A stretch of DNA of 64,000 nucleotides from a bacterium (GCA_035402985.1 DAONEH010000001.1:3123-67122); one strand, 5' to 3'. Shown: positions 50,173 to 60,132, counted from the stretch's first letter. A program made the numbers and translations. Notes: generated by a model not told the origin, from the sequence alone.

Positions 50173-50607
50173 TTAATCCATCACCAAACCATCATCCTCT
50201 TCACTTTCTTCCTCTTTATCTGCTTCATCCGTTCGACCCATAATACGCATAACCCTATTAGAGAAAGCATAAATATCAAATTCACTCTTTAAAAAATAAT
50301 AATTAGCCCCTAAACCAACACTACGACTTTTACTATCCTCATCACTCAAATCAGTGAAAATAAAAATTTCGGAATTACTAGTGTCATCATCTTCTTTTAT
50401 TTTTTTAATTATATCTAAACCCTCCAATCTTGGTAAAACTAAATCCAAAATAATAGCTTCAGGTTTAAACTTTTTTATTCTTTTTAATAAATCATCTAAT
50501 TCTTCTGTAGAATCACTAAGCTCCACTTCATAATCATTTGAAGAAAAAATATCACTTAAACCATATAAAATATCAGAATCATCTTCAACTATAAATATTT
50601 TTTTCAT
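50173..50607 (-). CDS. Stand-alone response-regulator receiver domain protein
   Basis: CheY-like fold (MKKIFIVEDDSDI...AIILDLVLP...IFIFTD), followed by an acidic C-terminal tail. Confidence 0.65.
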   Translation of the reverse strand: MKKIFIVEDDSDILYGLSDIFSSNDYEVELSDSTEELDDLLKRIKKFKPEAIILDLVLPRLEGLDIIKKIKEDDDTSNSEIFIFTDLSDEDSKSRSVGLGANYYFLKSEFDIYAFSNRVMRIMGRTDEADKEEESEEDDGLVMD

Positions 50608-50638
50608 ATGTTTTAAAATTAATAATAATTAATATTTA

Positions 50639-51622
50639 TTATTTAATATTTTTTAAATTTAATAATCCATTTTGGGCCCCAAATTTAGTAACCAAAGAAG
50701 CGGTATTCTTCATTCCCCAAGACATTGCCTTTTTATAATCTCCCTCTATTTTTAATAAAGCTCCTAGGACAGTAGAATTAAAGGCATCCCCGACTCCGGT
50801 AGTATCAATTTCCACTGATCTTTTTAAAATAGCTTGATGATAAAAGTTTTTTCCATCATAAATATAAGCCCCATTTATACCATCAGTTAAAATAACAATT
50901 TTAGGACCACAAGCTTTTAAAATTTTTATTAAATTTTCACAATTATTTAAAAAGTCATCATTATAATTAGATAATTGTGGCGTTTTTTTAATAAGTTCTA
51001 AAGCTTCATCTTTATTCACCATAAAAATATCAGTGATCTTTAAAAAACCAGCTATTTTTTTTATACCACCAGACAATTGGTTTAAACCAGGATTCCAAGC
51101 TATTTTATTTTTATTAGCAAAGATATCTTTTAGAAGATTATTACTATTATCAGGTAATGATGTTAAATAAAGCCATTGAGCTTTTTTTAAAAAAACTTTC
51201 TGCTTATCAGTTATTAATAAATTATCGTTAGCTCCACGATAAGAAAAAATAATACGATCTTTCTTATCATTAATAATAAAAGAAAACCCTGTATCTAATT
51301 TTTTATCAATATTAATTAATTTAATATCAATTTTATTATTATTAAAATTTTCTAAAACTCTTTGACCTCGAGCATCATTACCAATATTAGCTAAACAAGC
51401 AGTTTTAAAACCCATTCGAGCTAAATTAACAGCCGTATTAGAAGCTCCGCCACCAAAACCTTGATAATATTCCTTTACATTTATTTTAGAGCCATATTCA
51501 AAAGCTAATAATTTTTGTTTCAAAACATCTTTTTTATTATCAATTATTAAGCCATCTTTAGAAAAAAAGGTTATGTCCTCGGTTACTCCACCGATGGTTA
51601 TAAAATCATAAAACATAAGCAT
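50639..51622 (-). CDS. PfkB-family carbohydrate kinase (ribokinase-like)
   Basis: GGGASN, the DTTGVGDAFNS anion hole and the overall size support this call. Confidence 0.75.
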   Translation of the reverse strand: MLMFYDFITIGGVTEDITFFSKDGLIIDNKKDVLKQKLLAFEYGSKINVKEYYQGFGGGASNTAVNLARMGFKTACLANIGNDARGQRVLENFNNNKIDIKLINIDKKLDTGFSFIINDKKDRIIFSYRGANDNLLITDKQKVFLKKAQWLYLTSLPDNSNNLLKDIFANKNKIAWNPGLNQLSGGIKKIAGFLKITDIFMVNKDEALELIKKTPQLSNYNDDFLNNCENLIKILKACGPKIVILTDGINGAYIYDGKNFYHQAILKRSVEIDTTGVGDAFNSTVLGALLKIEGDYKKAMSWGMKNTASLVTKFGAQNGLLNLKNIK

Positions 51623-51654
51623 AAAATTACTTAAAAAACATTATTATTATAGCA

Positions 51655-52224
51655 TTAAAAATGTTTTTTTTCAAAAATTAGGTTATTTAAATAACTTTTT
51701 TTAGGATTTAAAAAATAAAAAGAAATAATTACCCCAAAAAACATCCAGACTATTTCTAGTAATAAATTAAGCCAAAAATTACCACCAAACCAAGAAATTC
51801 CTAAAGAATTTTTATTAACTAAATAAATTAGAAAATAACTAAATAAATTATAAAAGATTGTTATAAATAAACTAACTACTAAAAATGAATAAATAGAACG
51901 ATTGGTAAAAAGGTTTTGCCAAAAAAAATTAGCTAAAACTATAGTTAATAGAAAAGAAAAAGTATATAAACCAAAAGGATAAAAAGAAAAAATATCCATA
52001 ATTATACCAATAATAAAAGAAAATAAAATTGATACTTTAAAATCACGAAAAATAAATAACCAAATAATAAAAAATAAAATTAAATCACAACGAGCCCAAA
52101 AACCAGACCAAGAATTTATTCCTGAAAATTGAATTAAAAATAAAATTAAAGCTAGAAGAATAAAACCAAAAATTTTAAAATATTTAGCCATATAAATACT
52201 ATTTAGGAATAATAACAGAAACAA
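51655..52224 (-). CDS. mreD: Rod shape-determining protein MreD (putative)
   Basis: It is a small polytopic membrane protein directly after mreC and overlapping it by 26 nt. Confidence 0.5.
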   Translation of the reverse strand: MFLLLFLNSIYMAKYFKIFGFILLALILFLIQFSGINSWSGFWARCDLILFFIIWLFIFRDFKVSILFSFIIGIIMDIFSFYPFGLYTFSFLLTIVLANFFWQNLFTNRSIYSFLVVSLFITIFYNLFSYFLIYLVNKNSLGISWFGGNFWLNLLLEIVWMFFGVIISFYFLNPKKSYLNNLIFEKKHF

Positions 52225-53005
52225 TACTTAAATTATTAACATCAAATAAAGCTTCAGCATTAACATCTTGCCAAATATCATTAACTTCTTGATTAATAAA
52301 ATTTATTCGACCAACAGCCAAACCTCGAGGAATATCTGGTTCCAAACCTGAAGTAATAATCATATCATTAATATTAAGAGTTTCGCTTTGAGAAACATAA
52401 TTAAGTTTAATTGATAAACCTAAATTCCCTTCAGCTAAACCAATACTATGATCAGAATTATTAGCTGTTACCGCCATTTTACAAAAATTATTACTAATAA
52501 GACAAAGTTTAGAATTTTTATTATTAACTTCAATTATTTTTCCAACAATTACACCAGATTCATTTATTACTGCTAAACCTGTTCTAATTCCATCGTCACT
52601 CCCCTTATTAATAATTAAATTTTGATTATAATTAGAAAAACTTAATAAATTTTCCTGCCAAACAACATTAGCTAAAACATAATCATAAGAATTACTTTCA
52701 AAAAAATTTAAATATTGTTTTAATTTTTCATTCTCTTCTTGTAAAGAATAAAATTTAGCTAACTCCGCTTCTTTAGATTCAATTTGACTTTTTAAAGTAG
52801 TGTTTTCATCAAGTAATTGAGCCTTAGTTGCTTTATTATCTGATTTTTTAGCCGAAGAACTTCTAAGGCTAGAACTAATAGAATTTACTAGTCCACCTAA
52901 AACTTTTTGACCAAAAGAAGAAAAACCAATGATATTTAAAAAAATAAGCAGTAAGACCACTGCCAAAAAAATCTTATACTTTTTTCTTCGTTGTAAAAAA
53001 TCCAT
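52199..53005 (-). CDS. mreC: Rod shape-determining protein MreC
   Basis: It has an N-terminal TM, a coiled coil (LKSQIESKEAELAKF...EENEKLKQ) and a C-terminal beta domain. It lies between mreB and mreD. Confidence 0.7.
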   Translation of the reverse strand: MDFLQRRKKYKIFLAVVLLLIFLNIIGFSSFGQKVLGGLVNSISSSLRSSSAKKSDNKATKAQLLDENTTLKSQIESKEAELAKFYSLQEENEKLKQYLNFFESNSYDYVLANVVWQENLLSFSNYNQNLIINKGSDDGIRTGLAVINESGVIVGKIIEVNNKNSKLCLISNNFCKMAVTANNSDHSIGLAEGNLGLSIKLNYVSQSETLNINDMIITSGLEPDIPRGLAVGRINFINQEVNDIWQDVNAEALFDVNNLSIVSVIIPK

Positions 53006-53009
53006 ATTA

Positions 53010-54053
53010 TTATAAATCTAAAACCGAAGTTATTTTTTTTAATAATTCCTCATCAGCAAATAAGCTACCAGCTCCTCTAACCATAGCTGTTAAAGGATCT
53101 TCCACAACTACTACTGGAATCTTAGTAGCTTTGGCAATTAATTTATCAAAACCATAAAGTAAGGCTCCACCACCACTTAAAAAAAGACCATGTTCATAAA
53201 TATCTCCAACTAATTCTGGTGGAGTTTCTTCTAAAGCTAATTTTATGTTTTCAATTATCTTTATAATAGTTTTTTTAATAGCTTCACGAACTTGAACATC
53301 AGTAATAATAATAGCCGTTGGCAGACCGTTAGTTAAATCACGTCCTCGTATTTCCATAGAACGATCTTCATCAAACGGAATAACTGAAGCTAAATTTATT
53401 TTAATCTTTTCCGCTAATTGTTCACCAATCAAAACATTAAATTTATCACGAACATAATCAATAATATTATTATCTAATTCATTTCCAGCGATTCGAAGTG
53501 ATTTCCAAGAAACAACACCGGCTAAAGAAATAACAGCGATATCAGTAGTTCCTCCCCCAATATCAACAATCATGTTGGCTCGAGGACTATCTACCGGTAA
53601 TCCTGCCCCTAAAGCGCTAGCCATAGCTTCTTCAATTAAATAGACCTTACGAGCTCCAGCTGATTTAGCCGCATCTTTAACAGCTTTTTTTTCTACTTCC
53701 GTAATATCAAGCGGTATACCAATTATAACTCGAGGTCTAGGTAAAAAAGAAAAACCTTCACCATGAACTTTATTTATAAAATGCTTTAACATTTTTTCTG
53801 TAATTTCAAAATCAGAAATAACCCCATTAACTAAGGGTTTAATAGCTTGAATATGAGCCGGAGTTTTACCAACCATTTTTTTAGCTTCAAAACCAATTTC
53901 TAAAATTTCGGTAGTTTTAGTATTAATAGCTACAACACTAGGTTCATTAATAACAATACCCTTTTTATCAATATAAACTAAAGTATTTTTAGTACCCAAA
54001 TCAATAGCAATATCATAACCCAAACTTCCAATTTGTTTTAAAAATTCAAACAT
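53010..54053 (-). CDS. mreB: Rod shape-determining protein MreB
   Basis: IAIDLGTKNTLVY and DIGGGTTDIAV are present, along with the MreB-specific C-terminus. Confidence 0.9.
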   Translation of the reverse strand: MFEFLKQIGSLGYDIAIDLGTKNTLVYIDKKGIVINEPSVVAINTKTTEILEIGFEAKKMVGKTPAHIQAIKPLVNGVISDFEITEKMLKHFINKVHGEGFSFLPRPRVIIGIPLDITEVEKKAVKDAAKSAGARKVYLIEEAMASALGAGLPVDSPRANMIVDIGGGTTDIAVISLAGVVSWKSLRIAGNELDNNIIDYVRDKFNVLIGEQLAEKIKINLASVIPFDEDRSMEIRGRDLTNGLPTAIIITDVQVREAIKKTIIKIIENIKLALEETPPELVGDIYEHGLFLSGGGALLYGFDKLIAKATKIPVVVVEDPLTAMVRGAGSLFADEELLKKITSVLDL

Positions 54054-54057
54054 ATTA

Positions 54058-55311
54058 TTATTTATAATTTTTTAAAAAATTAGATAGATTATCAATATCA
54101 ACTAATTTAATTTCATCATCGGTTCTAAGTTTAAATTCAATTTTTTTATCATCTAAAGTTTTAGAACTTACCACTAATCTAATTGGGCAACCAATTAAAT
54201 CAGCATCAGCAAATTTTTCTCCAGGGCTAACATTGTCTCGATCATCATATAATACCTCAATATTTTCATTTAATAATTTTTGATAAATTTTTTCCGCTTC
54301 TTCGTTTTGTTTTAAAGAAATAAGGTGAACAGAAAAAGGAGCAACATTTTTTGGCCAAATCATTCCTTTATCATCATGACAAATTTCAACAATTGTTCCC
54401 ATAATACGACTAGGACCCATACCATAACAACCCATTAAAACTTCTTTATTGTTTTCATCTTTATCTTTAAAAGTAAAATTAAAAGCTTTAGAATATTTAG
54501 TTTTTAATTCAAAAATATTACCTACTTCAATAGCTTTTTTTTCTTCTAAGACAGTATTACCACATTTAAAACAAGCATTTTGTTCAGAAATAATTTCTTT
54601 ATTTATAGCGATATGGCATTTTGGACAAACATAAATAATATCTTCTCCGTTTTCACAAACAGTTTGAAATTCATGTGAATATTTAGAAAAAGTTCCTCCG
54701 GCCGCATAAGTAAAATAAGTTAAATCTCCTAAACCTAAACGATTATAAATTTTTTCATAAGCTTCTTTAACTTTATTATAATATTTACTTAAACTTTCTT
54801 CATCCGCATGAAAGGAATATAAATCTTTCATGACAAATTCTCGACCACGAAGTAATCCAGCTTTAGCTCTTTTTTCATTACGAAATTTAGTTTGAATTTG
54901 ATAAACAGCAAAAGGTAAATCTTTATACGATAAAGTAAATTTTTGTCCTAAAGGGGTAACAATCTCTTCATGAGTTGCTCCTAGAGCATATTCTTTATCA
55001 TCTGAACCAATTAATTTAAATAGAACATCTAAATCATCCCAACGACCAGTTTTTTGCCAATTCTCTTTAGGATTTAAAGCTGGCATTAAAATTTCTTGAC
55101 CGGAAACAGCATTAATTTCTTCTCTAATAATATTATTTATTTTATGTAGAACTTTTAAACCTAAAGGTAAGAAAGTATAAACTCCCGCACTTACCTTATC
55201 AATAAAACCAGCCCTTATTAAAACTTGAGCATTATATGAGGTTTCATCTTTTGGTAATTCTTTAATAGTTTTAGTAAATAGAAGTGATTGTTTCATATAT
55301 AAAGAAAACAA
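54058..55311 (-). CDS. proS: Prolyl-tRNA synthetase, bacterial-type, without INS editing domain but with Cys4 mini-insertion
   Basis: The N-terminus aligns with bacterial ProRS (QSLLFTKTIKE...FRNEKRAKAGLLRGREFVMKDLYSFH). In place of the ~180-aa INS domain there is a short insert containing CPKC...CFKC. Confidence 0.9.
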   Translation of the reverse strand: MFSLYMKQSLLFTKTIKELPKDETSYNAQVLIRAGFIDKVSAGVYTFLPLGLKVLHKINNIIREEINAVSGQEILMPALNPKENWQKTGRWDDLDVLFKLIGSDDKEYALGATHEEIVTPLGQKFTLSYKDLPFAVYQIQTKFRNEKRAKAGLLRGREFVMKDLYSFHADEESLSKYYNKVKEAYEKIYNRLGLGDLTYFTYAAGGTFSKYSHEFQTVCENGEDIIYVCPKCHIAINKEIISEQNACFKCGNTVLEEKKAIEVGNIFELKTKYSKAFNFTFKDKDENNKEVLMGCYGMGPSRIMGTIVEICHDDKGMIWPKNVAPFSVHLISLKQNEEAEKIYQKLLNENIEVLYDDRDNVSPGEKFADADLIGCPIRLVVSSKTLDDKKIEFKLRTDDEIKLVDIDNLSNFLKNYK

Positions 55312-55342
55312 GCTTAAAAAAGTAATTTTTAGCTAAAATATC

Positions 55343-55359
55343 TATAATTATTATATAAT
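55343..55359 (-). promoter_or_regulatory. Possible -10 elements (tataat x2) upstream of proS
   Basis: ttatataatgatgataatat lies 30-45 nt upstream of the proS start. The call is weak. Confidence 0.25.
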
Positions 55360-55370
55360 GATGATAATAT

Positions 55371-55405
55371 AAAAAAATACCTTTGTAAATACTAAGGTAT
55401 TTTAA
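55371..55405 (-). terminator. Hairpin terminator after ruvA
   Basis: aaatacctt tgtaaatact aaggtattt is a 9-bp inverted repeat with T/A runs. Confidence 0.5.
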
Positions 55406-55422
55406 ATAAAATTATAATCTTC

Positions 55423-55995
55423 TTATTTCGATAATTTCTTTAGAGCTTCTTTTATCCTTTGTCCACTATCAATTATATTTTTATCAACTAAATTTAAGGC
55501 TTCTCGAGCCTCAGAATAAGAATAACCTAATCCCACTAAAGCATCAATCTCATCTCCACCAAAACTAGGAGACGTTAGATCATAATTACCACCTAATTTA
55601 AATATTTTATCTTTTAATTCTAAAACTACCCGTTCAGCTGTTTTTTTACCAATACCCGAGACTTTAATTAATAAATTAGAATCACCTCGAATAATTGATT
55701 CTTTAATATCAGATAAATTAGTCATTGATAAAACACCTAAAGCTGATTTTGGGCCAATACCAGAAACAGAAATTAATAATTCAAAAAACTCTAATTCTTC
55801 TATATTTCTAAAACCATATAAATCAAAAATATCTTCTTTAATATGCTGATGGGTAAAAACCTCTAATTCTTGGCCAATTTTTATTTCATTTAAAAAATTA
55901 TCACTAATATAGATTGAATAACCAATATTATTCAATTCTAAAATAAAACTATTTTTAAGTTTATAAATAACCTTACCTCTTAAAAATGAAATCAT
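55423..55995 (-). CDS. ruvA: Holliday junction branch-migration protein RuvA
   Basis: The N-terminus MISFLRGKV and the HhH motifs (VSGIGPKSALGVL, VSGIGKKTAERVVLEL) are present. Confidence 0.85.
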   Translation of the reverse strand: MISFLRGKVIYKLKNSFILELNNIGYSIYISDNFLNEIKIGQELEVFTHQHIKEDIFDLYGFRNIEELEFFELLISVSGIGPKSALGVLSMTNLSDIKESIIRGDSNLLIKVSGIGKKTAERVVLELKDKIFKLGGNYDLTSPSFGGDEIDALVGLGYSYSEAREALNLVDKNIIDSGQRIKEALKKLSK

Positions 55996-56005
55996 AATAA
56001 TTAAA

Positions 56006-57250
56006 TTAATTATATTTTCTTAAAACTGTATAAACGGGAATTTGAAAATTACTCTCAACTTTTAAAATTATTTCTTGTCCCCCACCACCTCCATGAGCCT
56101 CTAAAATACTTTTATTATTTTTAGCATCAATTAATTCCTTAATTGTCATTTTAATTATATCATATTTTGGTAAAACTATCTCAATTTTATCATTAACTTT
56201 AATAGAGTTATGAACTTTAATACGTAAATTGTTTATTATTGTTTTTTTATTCTTTTTTATATTATTAGAAACAACCTGACCACAAAATTCCCATTTAGGT
56301 ACAAAATGAGAATTTTTAATATTTTGTTCAGCTTTTTGACCTAATAAAAAGCCAGTAGTATAACCTCGATTAGTAATTTTATTATTTAATTCTTGATTTA
56401 AAAAATCTATCATTTTAATATCTAACATCGCTCGTTTATAAATACCAATAATATTAGCTAAATAATAGACACTTTTAGCTCGCCCTTCAATTTTAAAACT
56501 AGTAATACCAGCTTTTATTAAATCTGGAATATATTTTATTAAACATAAATCTTTAGAATTAAGTAAATAAGAACCATGTTGTTCTTTAACTAATTCTAAT
56601 TCTTCGCTATGACCCGAAGCTTTTAAAAAAACATCATATTCAAAGCGACAAGGTTGAACACAATCACCTAAATTAGCACTACGATTTACAAAATCTTTTG
56701 ATAAAAAACATCGGCCCGAATAAGCCATACACATAGCTCCATGAATAAAATATTCCAATTCCATTTTAGGACATTTTTTATGAATTTCTTTTATATCTTT
56801 TAAAGTTGTCTCTCGACCTAAAATTATTCTAGTAATACCCTGCTTTTGCCAAAATTTAACAGCTTCATAATTAGTACAATTAGCTTGAGTAGAAAGATGA
56901 ATAGAAATTTTAGGACAATATTTTTTAATAAGGGATAAAATACCAGGATCAGAAACAATTAAAGCATCTGGTTTTATTTTATTTATTTTTTTTAAATAAC
57001 TTGGTATTTTTTTAATATGATCATTATGAGCAAAGATATTTACTGTTATATAAACCTTTTTCTTATTATTATGAATATAGTCAACTGCTTCAGCTAAGGA
57101 TTTTAAATTAAAATCATTAATTCTAACTCGTAGCGAAAAATCAGGTATACCTAAATAAATAGCATCAGCTCCAAAAGCTAAGGCTGTTTTCATTTTTAAA
57201 GGATTACCAGCTGGAGCCAATAATTCTATTGTCTTTTTTCTCTTAAGCAT
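56006..57250 (-). CDS. Peptidase U32 family protein
   Basis: ELLAPAGN...FGADAIYLG and the E..GAMC.AYSGRC region are typical of U32 (collagenase/RlhA-TrhP) proteins. Confidence 0.8.
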   Translation of the reverse strand: MLKRKKTIELLAPAGNPLKMKTALAFGADAIYLGIPDFSLRVRINDFNLKSLAEAVDYIHNNKKKVYITVNIFAHNDHIKKIPSYLKKINKIKPDALIVSDPGILSLIKKYCPKISIHLSTQANCTNYEAVKFWQKQGITRIILGRETTLKDIKEIHKKCPKMELEYFIHGAMCMAYSGRCFLSKDFVNRSANLGDCVQPCRFEYDVFLKASGHSEELELVKEQHGSYLLNSKDLCLIKYIPDLIKAGITSFKIEGRAKSVYYLANIIGIYKRAMLDIKMIDFLNQELNNKITNRGYTTGFLLGQKAEQNIKNSHFVPKWEFCGQVVSNNIKKNKKTIINNLRIKVHNSIKVNDKIEIVLPKYDIIKMTIKELIDAKNNKSILEAHGGGGGQEIILKVESNFQIPVYTVLRKYN

Positions 57251-57252
57251 AA

Positions 57253-58302
57253 TTATTTTTTATAGATAATCTCAAAGTCGTCAAAATAATTTCGATTATT
57301 AAAATATTGATTAGTTCTCTTAATAATACGATTCATTATTTCAACTGTTTCTGTAGGATAAGAACCAACGGCCGTTTCATCTGACAACATTACAGCATCA
57401 GCACTATCAAAAATAGCATTAGCGACATCACTAACCTCAGCTCTAGTTGGTCTGTAATGAGTAATCATCGATGACATCATTTGAGTAGCCACAATAGCTG
57501 GTTTATCATGCCAATGAGCATGTCTAATTAAATTTTTTTGAACAATCGGTAAATCTTCTAAAGGAATTTCAATACCTAAATCACCTCGAGCTACCATAAT
57601 ACTATCTGAGTTTTTTATAATTCCATCAATATTTTCTAAGGCAATACCTCTTTCTATTTTAGATATAATTTTAATACTATCATCACTAAGTACTCGTTTT
57701 ACTTTCAAAACATCATCAGCGTTTTGTACAAAAGAAACAGCAATAAAATCAGGTTTCACTTTTTTAGCAAATTCAATATCTAATAAATCTTTAGCTGTTA
57801 AAATATCACGATTTAAAATAGTTTTAGGAACATTTATTCCTTTACGAGGAAAAAGTAATCCACCTCGTTCTACTTTAGCCATAAATTTTTTTTGTAATAG
57901 ATCTATTTCTACAACTTTTAATTCAATTAAACCATTATCTAAAAAAATTGGATTACCTATAACTAAATCATTAATTAATTCTAAGTCATCAATAGGAATT
58001 TCTAAATTATCAATATTACCTTTATTGTATAAAAAAGAATAAACATCTTCTTCTCTCATTTCAACTTCATGTTCTAATTTACCAATTCTAATTCGTGGTC
58101 CTTGTAAATCAAAAATTATTTTAATATCAACTTTTAATTCTTGTTTAATTTTATCTAAACTTTCTTTTATTTTATAATATTGATCGTAAGTAGCATGAGA
58201 AAAATTTAATCTAAACATACTTACCCCATTTAAAACCATTGATTTTAAAATATTATAATCTTCAGATTTAGGTCCAATAGTTGCTATAATTTTAGTATCC
58301 AT
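57253..58302 (-). CDS. pyk: Pyruvate kinase, truncated form (349 aa; no C-terminal regulatory domain)
   Basis: MDTKIIATIGPKSE, MFRLNFSHA, MVARGDLGIE and the MSSMI..PRPTRAE motif (MLESM...PRPTRAE) support this call. Confidence 0.8.
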   Translation of the reverse strand: MDTKIIATIGPKSEDYNILKSMVLNGVSMFRLNFSHATYDQYYKIKESLDKIKQELKVDIKIIFDLQGPRIRIGKLEHEVEMREEDVYSFLYNKGNIDNLEIPIDDLELINDLVIGNPIFLDNGLIELKVVEIDLLQKKFMAKVERGGLLFPRKGINVPKTILNRDILTAKDLLDIEFAKKVKPDFIAVSFVQNADDVLKVKRVLSDDSIKIISKIERGIALENIDGIIKNSDSIMVARGDLGIEIPLEDLPIVQKNLIRHAHWHDKPAIVATQMMSSMITHYRPTRAEVSDVANAIFDSADAVMLSDETAVGSYPTETVEIMNRIIKRTNQYFNNRNYFDDFEIIYKK

Positions 58303-58310
58303 AAATTTTA

Positions 58311-59213
58311 TTATTTAATTTCTAAGCCCCTCAAAGCTTTAATACGCTCCTCAACTGGCGGATGAGTCATAAAAGCTTTAGCTAAAAAAACTTTTTTATT
58401 TTTTTCTTTTAAAGGTTCGCTGATGTATAAATGAGCTGTAGCTCGATTAGCTGTTTTTAAATCATTAGGATCAGCTGATATTTTTTCTAAAGCTCGAGCC
58501 AAGCCTTCCGGATAACGAGTAAGTAATGCTCCGTCAGCATCAGCGACAAATTCTCTTTTACGAGAAATAGCAAATTGCATTAAATAGGCAAAAAGTGGAG
58601 CTAAAATTGAAAAAACAATAACTACGATTAACAAAATTAATCCTAATTGATTTTTATTATTATCACTATTACTTCGATTTGAAAAAGAAAAACGTCTAAA
58701 CCAATCAGCTAATAATACTACCATACCAACCATTACTGTAGTTAAAGTAGCAATTAAAATATCATAATTTCTAACATGAGATAGTTCATGAGCAATAACT
58801 CCCTCTAATTCACTGCGTTCTAATTTATTAAGTAAGCCAGTAGTAATAGCAATAGCACTATGCTTAGGGTTTCTACCAGTAGCAAAAGCATTAGGAGCGG
58901 GATCATCAATAACATAAATTTTAGGAATTGGTATACCAGCAGTAATACAAAGATTTTCTACTAAATGATAAAGATCACGACTATCTTCTAATTTTACTTG
59001 ATGGGCTTCACTCATACTTAAAATAATTTTGTCACTAAACCAATAAGAAAAAAAAGATGAAACTATACTAAAGATAACAGCTATATACAAAATATTAAAA
59101 TTATCCATGGCTATACTAAATATATAACCAACTATCATTACAAAAATAAAAAAACCAGTAAACAAAAACCAAGTTTTTCTTTTATTAGCATCGCTATGGT
59201 TATATAAAGTCAT
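58311..59213 (-). CDS. htpX: HtpX-like M48 zinc metalloprotease
   Basis: HELSHVRNYD (HExxH) is followed by two further TM helices and a C-terminal E motif. Confidence 0.85.
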   Translation of the reverse strand: MTLYNHSDANKRKTWFLFTGFFIFVMIVGYIFSIAMDNFNILYIAVIFSIVSSFFSYWFSDKIILSMSEAHQVKLEDSRDLYHLVENLCITAGIPIPKIYVIDDPAPNAFATGRNPKHSAIAITTGLLNKLERSELEGVIAHELSHVRNYDILIATLTTVMVGMVVLLADWFRRFSFSNRSNSDNNKNQLGLILLIVVIVFSILAPLFAYLMQFAISRKREFVADADGALLTRYPEGLARALEKISADPNDLKTANRATAHLYISEPLKEKNKKVFLAKAFMTHPPVEERIKALRGLEIK

Positions 59214-59279
59214 ATATTTAAATTGCCTTGATAAAAAATATTAAACCAAGGCAATAAGTAATTACATTATAGATAATTA

Positions 59280-59405
59280 TTATTCAAAAAATTTCTTGTA
59301 GGCAATAAAAACAATTAATCCGCAAACTATTATAATAATTAAAATTGGCCAAAGAGCAGACATACCAGAAGAATAATTTAAACCAACGGTATTAGCTTGA
59401 TTCAT
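59280..59405 (-). CDS. Candidate 41-aa single-TM micro-protein (not in ORF track)
   Basis: The reverse-complement translation is MNQANTVGLNYSSGMSALWPILIIIIVCGLIVFIAYKKFFE. It sits 11 nt downstream of lemA on the same strand. Confidence 0.3.
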   Translation of the reverse strand: MNQANTVGLNYSSGMSALWPILIIIIVCGLIVFIAYKKFFE

Positions 59406-59416
59406 AAAGATTATAA

Positions 59417-59983
59417 TTAAAATTTAACTTCGATATTTTCTTTTTGAGCTACATCTTCAATCTCAAAAAATTTTTTATCTGAAAAACCTAATTTATTAGC
59501 AATAATATTAGTTGGAAAAACTTGAACTTTAGTATTAAAGTCTTTAACGTTAGAATTATAAAAACGACGAGCAGCTTGAATTTTATTTTCTGTATCAGAT
59601 AATTCTTTTTGTAATTCTAAAAAATTTTGGTTAGCTTTTAAATCAGGATAATTTTCACTTAAAGCAAAAATTGATTTTAAAGTAGATGATAAAGTATTTT
59701 CAGCTTGTATTTTTTGATTAACATCAGAACTATTTTGTAAAGCCATAGCTTCATTTCTAGCTTGAATAACCTTTTCTAGTGTTTCTCTTTCATGAGTAGC
59801 ATAGCCTTTAACTGTCTCAACTAAATTAGGGATTAAATCATAACGTCTCTTAAGTTGAACATCAATATCACTCCAAGCCTCGTCAACTCGATTTTTTAAA
59901 CGAATTAGACCATTATACATAGAAATTAAAATAATCCCTATAATTAGTAAAACCGCTATAATGATCCATAAAGTTGTGTTCAT
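59417..59983 (-). CDS. lemA: LemA family protein
   Basis: RYDLIPNLVETVKGYATHE..TLE.V..AR is the LemA core, and an N-terminal TM is present. The track ORF extends to 60040 through a non-ATG start. ATG (MNTTLWIII...) at 59981-59983 is the likelier start and leaves the upstream hairpin intergenic. Confidence 0.8.
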   Translation of the reverse strand: MNTTLWIIIAVLLIIGIILISMYNGLIRLKNRVDEAWSDIDVQLKRRYDLIPNLVETVKGYATHERETLEKVIQARNEAMALQNSSDVNQKIQAENTLSSTLKSIFALSENYPDLKANQNFLELQKELSDTENKIQAARRFYNSNVKDFNTKVQVFPTNIIANKLGFSDKKFFEIEDVAQKENIEVKF

Positions 59984-60032
59984 ATTATTTAATTTAATTA
60001 TTAGCTTGATTATTATAACAAAAATATAATAA

Positions 60033-60062
60033 AAAAACAACCTATATTATAAGGTTGTTTTG
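60033..60062 (-). terminator. Hairpin terminator downstream of radical-SAM/NUDIX operon
   Basis: aaaaaacaacc tatattat aaggttgttttg is an 8-bp stem with T/A runs. Confidence 0.5.
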
Positions 60063-60132
60063 CATTATTAAATCTATTTTTGAACAAATATTGTTTACAA
60101 AACAATCTTTGAAATCAATTCTATGTTTGACA

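Noticed and set aside
59984-60040. The N-terminal 19-aa extension of LemA (MFFYYIFVIIIKLIIKLNN) from the longest ORF.
   Set aside because: It starts at a non-ATG codon and runs through the terminator hairpin of the upstream operon. The ATG at 59981-59983 gives a canonical LemA N-terminus.
60089-60105. The perfect 7-bp inverted repeat attgttt-aca-aaacaat as an operator upstream of lemA.
   Set aside because: It is short and AT-rich. Chance occurrence in ~28% GC DNA is high, and there is no second copy.
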